Virus record (IMG/VR): IMGVR_UViG_3300030397_000841
Coordinates: 1 to 31,163 of that record
Length of the DNA: 31,163 nucleotides
Strand: one strand, 5' to 3'
Source: a virus
Taxonomy: Duplodnaviria; Caudoviricetes
Below are positions 24,140 to 31,163 of this stretch, piece after piece. Every line of letters begins with the position of its first letter. Positions within the stretch are counted from its first letter, which is position 1. The notes under the pieces were generated by a model. It did no database searches. It saw only the letters and a list, made by a program, of their open reading frames with translations, and was not told where the DNA came from. The translations under genes and the position numbers were made by a program.

Positions 24140-25411
24140 TTATACATACATGCTTACAAATTCGGTGATGATATTCCGCAACATGCCTTGCAAATTCTCT
24201 CCATTTGCTGCATATTGCACGCATTTGCGAGGCAGCGAATTGTTGATCCAATGCTCTTCCGGCATCAGGTTTAATATCACAGTTTGCAGATTACCATTCC
24301 GTCGCTCTTGAATTTTGTTACTTTCCCTGATATCTTTAGGGTGTTCCAACACGGCATCGGAGATTATGATGTCCAGGCGAATAGCCCCAGAATCTGATTC
24401 TTCATTCTCCCACTTTTCTATCTTTTCGAATAGGGGATAAATCCAAGTATCCTCTCCGGTGAACATACCATAACGACCCCAATGATCAGCACTTGGTCGA
24501 AATTCTTCCAATTCTTTCAGGTTGAATTCATTATCTCTATTGGCATGATATCGAGATTCTGTTAATCTTCTAGCCAATCTACCTGGCTTGTGCCCATCCC
24601 AAGAATCTTCATCCAAACTGAACGTAAAGAAACTGGCATATATGTCTTCGGGGTGTTCCTCCTGTAAGGCTCTTACAGCCAAACACAAATTCAAGAATGC
24701 TGCCTGAGAAATGTCTGCTATGTTGTTGTAATGCATCGAATTGGATAGATCCAGGCTGACAGTGATCTGCAATTTATTGCCGGCTGCCTCTTGATATTCT
24801 TCGCCAAAGCCATAACCTGTGGTGTATGCTTCCACAGGATCGTCCAACCATTCGCCTTGCTTTTGGTAATATATTTCTTTTAATTTCAAGGCTTGTGCAA
24901 TATCGGACTGCAACATACCTGCTGTGGCTTCTACTTCATTGCGAATTTCTCGGGTTTCTTGCTCTACTAATATCAGTCGTTGGGCTTCCCTGGCTTTGCG
25001 ATCTTCTGCTGCCCGTATTGCATACTTTCTGTTTTCCTGATCTCGCCAGAATGATAGCATCCACTTGCGGTCCATCTCATATTCTTTGGCGTGATCCAGA
25101 ATCTCTCCGGAAAATTTATCCCACACAGATCGTCCGCACTTCTTGGTCACAAGTTCTCTGGCTCTATCTCCCCAGTCGTCTTTGTTATATCTGTATGTAG
25201 AATGCCTCCAAAATTCGTAAATGAATCGTGGATTGTTTTCTGGCAATCGCTTCAACAGGAACTGGCAATCATACCCGGAATCTTTGAATGATTCTGAAAA
25301 TCTTTCCCAATAGGATTTACTCATCCCTCGACCTTCATCATCATAGTCCGAATAGCTGCCTCCGCCTCCGCCATAAGATGCTCTGGAATGCTTTACGTCT
25401 CCATATGCCAT
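24140..25411 (-). CDS. von Willebrand factor A (vWA) domain protein, probable MoxR partner
   Basis: MIDAS DLSNSM, GEDT, IIISDA; coiled coil before the vWA domain. Confidence 0.75.
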   Translation of the reverse strand: MAYGDVKHSRASYGGGGGSYSDYDDEGRGMSKSYWERFSESFKDSGYDCQFLLKRLPENNPRFIYEFWRHSTYRYNKDDWGDRARELVTKKCGRSVWDKFSGEILDHAKEYEMDRKWMLSFWRDQENRKYAIRAAEDRKAREAQRLILVEQETREIRNEVEATAGMLQSDIAQALKLKEIYYQKQGEWLDDPVEAYTTGYGFGEEYQEAAGNKLQITVSLDLSNSMHYNNIADISQAAFLNLCLAVRALQEEHPEDIYASFFTFSLDEDSWDGHKPGRLARRLTESRYHANRDNEFNLKELEEFRPSADHWGRYGMFTGEDTWIYPLFEKIEKWENEESDSGAIRLDIIISDAVLEHPKDIRESNKIQERRNGNLQTVILNLMPEEHWINNSLPRKCVQYAANGENLQGMLRNIITEFVSMYV

Positions 25412-25441
25412 TTGTAAGTTTCTCCCTCAGCTTAATTATAA

Positions 25442-25693
25442 TTATCGTAAAATTTCAGCAATTTTGGTTGCGCTGGTTGTTTTGCTTGGACCTTGTACCA
25501 ATTTATTATCGACTTCTGACCAAATCCATTGCTTAACTTCAATTTTATTTGGTGACAATCGCTCAAGTCGATAGGCATTATCGCCTACATACACATCCAA
25601 CATATCAGGATCCGCATTCACTTCATCATACTGCCATCCCTTGGGCATATGTCGTGCAATGGTCTTCTTCAATTCTCTCGTCGTGTTAGGCAT
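25442..25693 (-). CDS. hypothetical early protein (start revised to MPNTTR)
   Basis: Cassette RBS AAGGAG. Confidence 0.75.
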   Translation of the reverse strand: MPNTTRELKKTIARHMPKGWQYDEVNADPDMLDVYVGDNAYRLERLSPNKIEVKQWIWSEVDNKLVQGPSKTTSATKIAEILR

Positions 25694-25775
25694 TTGTAAA
25701 TTTCTCCTTGGTATAAACTTTGTAATATATTCAACTGCAAAGGAATTATACTTCAATTTGCAAGAAAAGTAAAAT
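25694..25775 (-). promoter_or_regulatory. early promoter cassette copy 4 (lacks the upstream part)
   Basis: -35 25768-25773, -10 25745-25750, same leader as copies 3 and 5. Confidence 0.85.
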
Positions 25776-25783
25776 CTCAATAA

Positions 25784-26155
25784 TTATTCTGGAACAAATC
25801 CTCGAACTTCATCAATCGCTTTGGCTGCCCTGCGGTATTTGTCCAAGGTTTCCGGCTTGGTGGCCTCATAAGTGCGGAGCAGCTGCTCCTGGTCCGTCAC
25901 CAGCTTTTGAACTTGTTCTAGGGGTCTTAGCCATTGATCGGTGAATCCTGCCAACTGACTGCCATTCAGGTGCCTATTGGCGCATACGAGTGCCAAAGGT
26001 AGTGCAGCATCATCCGGAATTTCCGGGTGATTCAAGGCTGCCTTGCGAATGGTCTTGATGGCAGTTGAACCATCTAGCCCATTGGCCCAGTAAGAACGAA
26101 TACCTTTGTTGTTGTCTGTAATCCCAATCAACTTCAATCTCTTAATTAAATGCAT
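25784..26155 (-). CDS. hypothetical protein
   Basis: Translationally coupled to the AAA+ gene (TAATG overlap), AGGAGG RBS. Confidence 0.75.
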   Translation of the reverse strand: MHLIKRLKLIGITDNNKGIRSYWANGLDGSTAIKTIRKAALNHPEIPDDAALPLALVCANRHLNGSQLAGFTDQWLRPLEQVQKLVTDQEQLLRTYEATKPETLDKYRRAAKAIDEVRGFVPE

Positions 26156-27354
26156 TAGTAATCTCCTCCTTTTATGACAGCATTCAGCACCGCTTCTGCA
26201 GCCTTCAGTTCGACCGGAGAATCTATGACTGCCAAAACTGCCAATCTCAGTGCCTTCTTAACATCACCATTGGTATCATTCCCATTCATCAGTTCCACGG
26301 CATCCTTCAGCCTGCGAACTGTGATCTGATAGCGCATACGTCCTTCCTCATGAGCCTGCCACATGGCCAGTCCGAACTTCACCACAACATCGGTCCAACC
26401 TTGCTTGCTGATAGGGTCGCCATTAACTAACATGGTTTCTTCCGGCATGCCGTGCGCCACCAGGCGTTTCTGTAATTCGGACTCGCTCAGGAATCCAACC
26501 TTGATGGGAAAGAAGCGATCTTTGAAACTCTGGGGCAATGGCTTGGTGCCAATCAGACCAGGATTGAAAGAAATGAACAACCGAAAGTCCGGATGCACTG
26601 GATACTGCTTGCCATGGATATTCACAATATGCGGAGTTTCTATGATGCCATTCAGCAACATCAGTGCGGCTGGCTCTGCGGCATTAACTTCCGTTATCAG
26701 CGCCCACCAGCCATTCACGGCAGCTGCCGCAAATTCCGCAACTGAGAATCTGGTGGTGCCATTCACTATTTCCTGGGTGCCTACAAGGTTGTGCTTGCGT
26801 AAACCTGCATCACCACCCACCACAACCAACGGCTTGCCTTGGGTTGCAGCCAGCTGCATAACTGCCGTGTCTTTACCTACTCCCGGAGGTCCAGCCAAGG
26901 CAATGTGCCGCCCACGATTGGTCATCGATTCCATGACGTTGTACCAAGAAGGTTTCCGGAAGTAATCGAATGGCTTGATGACAGGCGGAGCCATCGGCCA
27001 GTCGATGGGATCTACATCCGCAGCACCGGAAGTTCCTGCACCTGCTCCGCCTGTCATGTCGGCCTGTTGCACATTCACGACTGTCTGCTGACTGCCGGCA
27101 ACATCGGTGTACTGTAACTTATATCGACTTTTCTTGCCATCATACGAAACGTTGATGTTGTCGAAAATCTTGTCATACATGCGCAAGGTCCAACCGGCAC
27201 GTTTCTTGCCGGCAGCTTTTTGCAACTCTTCTTCGGCGTGCCAGCGATTATCCGCCAAAAGCAGGCTCATTGATTTATGAAGTTCGCTGCCTGGTCCTAC
27301 TCGCAGGAAGTAATCTTTTTTCTCTAAAGGTTTCACGTTATTATTGCTGGTCAT
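26155..27354 (-). CDS. MoxR/CbbQ/NirQ-type AAA+ ATPase
   Basis: LAGPPGVGKD, LVG, AAVNG.WALITEVNAA.P, HPDFRLFISFNP, LPQSFKDRF, ITVRRL (sensor 2). Confidence 0.88.
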   Translation of the reverse strand: MTSNNNVKPLEKKDYFLRVGPGSELHKSMSLLLADNRWHAEEELQKAAGKKRAGWTLRMYDKIFDNINVSYDGKKSRYKLQYTDVAGSQQTVVNVQQADMTGGAGAGTSGAADVDPIDWPMAPPVIKPFDYFRKPSWYNVMESMTNRGRHIALAGPPGVGKDTAVMQLAATQGKPLVVVGGDAGLRKHNLVGTQEIVNGTTRFSVAEFAAAAVNGWWALITEVNAAEPAALMLLNGIIETPHIVNIHGKQYPVHPDFRLFISFNPGLIGTKPLPQSFKDRFFPIKVGFLSESELQKRLVAHGMPEETMLVNGDPISKQGWTDVVVKFGLAMWQAHEEGRMRYQITVRRLKDAVELMNGNDTNGDVKKALRLAVLAVIDSPVELKAAEAVLNAVIKGGDY

Positions 27355-27389
27355 TGTTAAGTTCCTCCTGTGGTTTTGTAAGTATTATA

Positions 27390-27992
27390 TTAAACTTGGT
27401 CAACTTCATCATACGGAAACAGTACAATCAGCTCTTCCAACTTTTCGCAAAACTGCTCACCATGCAGGTCATATTGCTTCCAATTTTTCCTGCTGAAGCC
27501 TTCCTCATTTTGCAGTCGGTGGGCCATCTCGTGCAGTACTATTGCCCAAACGGCTTTCTTGCCTGTCATAGCCTCAAACCTGCACCAAGAATTCTTGTAT
27601 CCTCTTTCATAGGTGCCCTTGTAACCAAATTTCTGCCACACCGGTGCGACGGTCACGTATTCGGCCCAACCCTTCTCAACTTTTCGGTCGACACCCTCAT
27701 AACTGAAAATAATCTGGTTGGTGGCTGTGTCGCAAACGCTATTTCGCCGGTTGCGGAAAACAGTCTTGCCCATTTTCAAGTCATAAGCCTTGGCTATATG
27801 GTCAACTAATCGTATGGCGTAAGCATACATCGGATTGGCCATAATCTCGGCTCTAATCTTGGCCAGTTTCTGCTCTTTGGTTTTCTGTTGCTTATATTCG
27901 GCTGTGGGCTTGCGGCTGCTCAATTCCTGCAAATCAACTCCGCCGGTGGTCCCTTCCCATTCGCCTGTAATTGCGTTATATTTCACGGTCAT
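27390..27992 (-). CDS. SprT-like zinc metallopeptidase-domain protein (start revised to MTVKYN)
   Basis: IVLHEMAH...HGEQF. Confidence 0.7.
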   Translation of the reverse strand: MTVKYNAITGEWEGTTGGVDLQELSSRKPTAEYKQQKTKEQKLAKIRAEIMANPMYAYAIRLVDHIAKAYDLKMGKTVFRNRRNSVCDTATNQIIFSYEGVDRKVEKGWAEYVTVAPVWQKFGYKGTYERGYKNSWCRFEAMTGKKAVWAIVLHEMAHRLQNEEGFSRKNWKQYDLHGEQFCEKLEELIVLFPYDEVDQV

Positions 27993-28140
27993 TTGTAGGT
28001 TGCTCCTTTGGGGTAAACTTTGTAATATATTCAACTGCAAAGGAATTATACCTTGGTTTGCAAGAAAAGTAAAGTTGGAATGAGGAAAATTGCAAGAAAT
28101 ATCATGATTTCACAAGCTATTTACAAAATTTTAAGGCTTG
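27993..28140 (-). promoter_or_regulatory. early promoter cassette copy 5
   Basis: -35 28068-28073, -10 28045-28050. Confidence 0.9.
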
Positions 28141-28147
28141 AGGAGAC

Positions 28148-28187
28148 AAAAAAAGCCGGAAAGTTCGATATTCTGAACTTTCCGGCT
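28148..28187 (-). terminator. rho-independent terminator
   Basis: 13-bp stem AGCCGGAAAGTTC/GAACTTTCCGGCT with an 8-nt loop, followed by a T run on the minus strand. Confidence 0.9.
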
Positions 28188-28229
28188 GTGAAAAGGAGGA
28201 ACTTACAGGAGAGCTGCACTCTCTTACCC
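28148..28229 (-). ncRNA. candidate antisense sRNA carrying an anti-RBS seed
   Basis: Lies between a promoter motif and a terminator; contains CUCUCCUGUAAGUUCCUCCUUUU, complementary to early-gene RBS regions. Confidence 0.5.
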
Positions 28230-28244
28230 TATATAACTAGTTTA
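28230..28244 (-). promoter_or_regulatory. putative phage-sigma promoter motif TAAACTAGTTATATA
   Basis: 14/15 match to the copies at 6429 and 14753. Confidence 0.55.
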
Positions 28245-29159
28245 GAATCCTAACATAGTTGCCACCTTATGCCCAAAGCCATATCCAAACTCTTTGTAAG
28301 GTAATCCATCCGCCGGATCTCCTGCACTGTATTCGCGAATATCAACTTCTTTGCCACGGGCAATTAGTTTGTCGGCGATAGACAACAACAGTGCGCTGGA
28401 ATTTGTATCTGCATCGAATGCAAGCACAAATTTCTTCACAGGAGATTTCACCAACCTTGCCAACTGCCATTTGGACACATTCTTGCCCAGCACAGCTATG
28501 GCATTATTTCCTACAGCTATTGCAGAGAGTGCGCCTTCGCACACATACACAATATCGTACAAATCCAATGCTGAGAAATTGAAGACCCTGTCATGAATGG
28601 GCATATCCGGATTCATATACTTTCTGATTGGTGATCTGAGAATAGATCTGGCTTGATAGTATCCTCGTTCTATAGGTATTATCATCCGCAAAGGCAAACT
28701 GCCATCAGTGCAATACCCTATCCCATGCCGTGTGATATCTTGCCAGGATAATCTGCTAAGTGCATAGTCTAAAATCATACTATACTGCTCAGAGGGACTT
28801 TTCACAGTCAGGGGCATATACCATTCAGGCATGGCACTCACGATGCTCAGAGGCTCTCTGAGTGTGTCTGAGGAAGTGCGAGCCGCCAACCTATCTACTA
28901 TGGGCACATAATCACGAACAGTTCTGGGATTGCTGATCAATTTTCGCACTTCGGCTGCGCTTGCAGCACCTGTGCATTCCTTAACCAGCGAATAGTGACT
29001 GCCCTTCCAATCACATCTAAAGCAATGTGCGACTGGCTTATTCTTGCTTACATACATATGTTGCTTGGTATCCGCAATAGAGCAAAATGGGCAATCCACA
29101 CGCCAGTCGGAAGTGGTATCCACCACCCTATCGAATTCAGACATCAACCATTTATACAT
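28242..29159 (-). CDS. DNA primase (DnaG-like; Zn finger plus TOPRIM)
   Basis: CPFC...H......HCFRC..KG, YQAR, KYMNP, VCEG, AFDAD, GDPAD; AAGGAG RBS before the ATG at 29159. Confidence 0.88.
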   Translation of the reverse strand: MYKWLMSEFDRVVDTTSDWRVDCPFCSIADTKQHMYVSKNKPVAHCFRCDWKGSHYSLVKECTGAASAAEVRKLISNPRTVRDYVPIVDRLAARTSSDTLREPLSIVSAMPEWYMPLTVKSPSEQYSMILDYALSRLSWQDITRHGIGYCTDGSLPLRMIIPIERGYYQARSILRSPIRKYMNPDMPIHDRVFNFSALDLYDIVYVCEGALSAIAVGNNAIAVLGKNVSKWQLARLVKSPVKKFVLAFDADTNSSALLLSIADKLIARGKEVDIREYSAGDPADGLPYKEFGYGFGHKVATMLGF

Positions 29160-29176
29160 TTGCACTCCTTCATGTT

Positions 29177-29222
29177 ACTCACCTCTACTCACCTCTACTC
29201 ACTTCTACTCACTAACACTCAC
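29177..29222. repeat. five ACTCAC hexamers at an exact 10-bp period
   Basis: ACTCAC begins at 29177, 29187, 29197, 29207 and 29217. Confidence 0.9.
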
Positions 29223-31146
29223 CATGACCACAATTCATGCAGGTTCTACAACCTTCCATACGAACTAATGTTGCTTGTCCACATTCGGGACAGAGATCTC
29301 CGGAAATAGGAGAATCTTCCGGCAATCCTTCCGCAATGTCATCAGTGTGGGTGCCCATGCTCTTCTCTAAGGTTCTGGCGATGGCATCAGCCATGGAAGA
29401 TATTCTGTTGGGGCCAAATCCATATGATCTTCCGCTGCCGATATTCTTCAACTGCCCCACGACTGTGCCTATCTTTTGCCATGCCGTTTGCGAAGAGGGC
29501 ATTCTTAAAATGTATGAGATCAATCTGCCCATAGCCTCGGCCTGTGCCATTAATTCACTTCCTGCCTTGCCTATGTTCAGAAATACTTCGAATGGTCCAT
29601 CTTCCGTATGATTTATTGTAACGTACAAAGTGCCCGCAGGAGTTGTTTGCCTGTATGTCTCTCCCTGCAAACTTGGCGGCCTTAACCTCCATTCAGCTAT
29701 TGCACCGGCGGACTCATCATCTGGCAGATGAAGCACTTGCTCATTTCTGGATTTGTCTCTGTACACAGTGCCTCCTTTGCAACCCAGATCATACATAAGC
29801 ATGTACAATTCTCCCACCTGTTCCTTAGTATAATGGGCGGGTACATTGCAAGTCTTAGAGATGGAATTATCTACCCATTGTTGCACTGTTGCTTGTACTT
29901 TGATGTGATCTTCCGGAGTCAGGTCTTGAGCTGTGACAAAATGCTTTGGCAACTTACCATTTGCGGAATCGGAATTCAGATAATTCTCATAAGGTCTTGC
30001 CAATTCCTTGGCTTTGCCAAATCTGCCAACACGCTCCCATTCCCAGGCATAATACGGCTCTATACCTGTAGAGGTATTGACCATAGTTCCTGTGGTTCCG
30101 GTCGGGGCTTGTGTAAGTAGGGTCACATTGCGGATGCCACTATCTGCCAATCTTGCCTGTACTTCGGCCGGCAGCCGCTGTATGAAACTGCCTTGGGCAT
30201 ATTTGTCCTTCACATAGAATGGAAATGTGCCCTTTTCTTCTGCCAGCCGTATGGAAGCCTCATATGCCGTTATCGCTATTGTGCTGTATAGCTTGTCCAT
30301 GAATATCAAACTTCGCTCACTGCCATATGTGATGCCCAATTCCAACAGCACTTCAGCCAATCCCATAGTGCCCAAGCCAATCTTTCTTTCTCCCTTCTGT
30401 TGTTGCTCATTGGCTGCGAAATGATAAGGTGTGGCATCTATGGCATTATCTAGAAATCTGACTGCCGTCTTTACTGCGAGTTTCAAAGAATGCCAATCCA
30501 TAACAGATCGTCTCTGGTCATTGTCGAATCTGACATATTGGGATAGATTGATGGCGCCTAAATTACACACTCCCCACGGCGCAAGCGGAATTTCTCCGCA
30601 AGGATTAGTACTTACCAAATCTGCATAGTACCAGGAATTACTTTCCTTGTTAGAACGTTCTTTGAACCACAATCCAGGTTCGGCGCAAGCCCATGCAGAC
30701 TGTATGATATCATCCCACAATTCTTTGGCCTTTAGGGTTTTGTGAACAATTACAGCATCCTCTCCTTTGGTTTCTTTCCATCTCTGCAAATTTCCGTCCC
30801 AGTGTTCATCATAATCCTTATGAGAAGTGTCAGGAAATTCTAGATTCCACATGCTGTCGGCCTCTACAGCTTCCATAAAATCATCACTTATGCCAATGGA
30901 AATATTGGCATTTATGATTCTGGACATATCTCTCTTCACTGCTATGAATTCTTCAATGTCAGGATGCCAATCATCCAAAATAATCATAAGTGCGCCACGC
31001 CTACTGCCTCCCTGCTCTATGAGGCCAGTCACAAATGAATATAATTCTCCCCAACTTACAGCTCCAGAACTTCTTCCATTGGTGGCATAGGTTCTAGAAT
31101 ATTTGGGACGCAATGTGGAGATATTAACTCCAACTCCGCCGCCTCC
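29212..31146 (-). CDS. nrdJ: class II (adenosylcobalamin-dependent) ribonucleotide reductase, 5'-truncated, with C-terminal TSCPD-like domain and Zn ribbon
   Basis: GGGVGVNISTLRP, QGGSRRGALM, HPDIEEF, EPG, TNPCGE, CNLGAINL, APTGT, ISKT.N, KGGTVYRD, CPECG....EGC.TC..CG..EC. Confidence 0.92.
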   Translation of the reverse strand, partial: GGGGVGVNISTLRPKYSRTYATNGRSSGAVSWGELYSFVTGLIEQGGSRRGALMIILDDWHPDIEEFIAVKRDMSRIINANISIGISDDFMEAVEADSMWNLEFPDTSHKDYDEHWDGNLQRWKETKGEDAVIVHKTLKAKELWDDIIQSAWACAEPGLWFKERSNKESNSWYYADLVSTNPCGEIPLAPWGVCNLGAINLSQYVRFDNDQRRSVMDWHSLKLAVKTAVRFLDNAIDATPYHFAANEQQQKGERKIGLGTMGLAEVLLELGITYGSERSLIFMDKLYSTIAITAYEASIRLAEEKGTFPFYVKDKYAQGSFIQRLPAEVQARLADSGIRNVTLLTQAPTGTTGTMVNTSTGIEPYYAWEWERVGRFGKAKELARPYENYLNSDSANGKLPKHFVTAQDLTPEDHIKVQATVQQWVDNSISKTCNVPAHYTKEQVGELYMLMYDLGCKGGTVYRDKSRNEQVLHLPDDESAGAIAEWRLRPPSLQGETYRQTTPAGTLYVTINHTEDGPFEVFLNIGKAGSELMAQAEAMGRLISYILRMPSSQTAWQKIGTVVGQLKNIGSGRSYGFGPNRISSMADAIARTLEKSMGTHTDDIAEGLPEDSPISGDLCPECGQATLVRMEGCRTCMNCGHGEC

Positions 31147-31163
31147 GATCGTGACTGGGAAAC
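31147..31163 (-). other. untrimmed random-amplification (SISPA-type) primer, library artefact
   Basis: The minus strand begins GTTTCCCAGTCACGATC, the M13-derived tag used in random-primed amplification, exactly at the contig end. Confidence 0.9.

Noticed and set aside
22469-28040. Shared N-terminal peptide MQLNILQSLPQR in several ORF-track proteins
   Set aside because: It is a translation of the repeated untranslated leader from a TTG; the true ATG starts follow the RBS.
17610-28140. CRISPR array or IS ends
   Set aside because: The repeats are kilobases apart, contain -35/-10/RBS elements, and no cas or transposase gene is present.
29177-29222. GTGAGT as eukaryotic splice donors or a mini-CRISPR
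   Set aside because: Prokaryotic phage context, and the 4-nt spacers are far too short for CRISPR.
23-31090. All plus-strand ORFs and short nested minus-strand ORFs in the track
   Set aside because: They are shadows of well-supported minus-strand genes, with no RBS or recognisable motifs.
1-31163. Stop-codon reassignment
   Set aside because: Genes are intact and tightly packed under code 11, with TAA, TAG and TGA all used as stops.

Overview
A 31-kb fragment of a large dsDNA tailed phage genome. Every credible gene is on the minus strand, with strong AGGAGG-type ribosome binding sites. In transcription order (right to left): a partial class II ribonucleotide reductase and a DNA primase; an early region (about 28,000-15,900) driven by five copies of a sigma70-type promoter/RBS cassette, encoding a SprT-like protease, a MoxR AAA+ ATPase, a vWA protein, many small hypotheticals and a UvrD helicase split into two genes; a putative thymidine-hypermodification and replication block (sigma-like factor, P-loop kinase, aGPT-Pplase1/5-hmdU DNA kinase, dTMP kinase, UDG-fused family A DNA polymerase, DNA methyltransferase); and a recombination block (UvsY-like, gp32-like SSB, RecA, 5'-3' exonuclease, Holliday junction resolvase, sigma factor) ending in a truncated terminase-small-subunit-like gene. 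The most unusual content is non-coding. There is an ~80-nt candidate sRNA whose exposed segment is complementary to the extended RBS shared by the early genes, and three tRNA-like RNAs with intact acceptor and T arms but no normal anticodon loop, one reduced to a 42-nt minihelix. The last 17 nt are an untrimmed random-amplification primer. All protein assignments come from motif recognition by eye; no searches were run.
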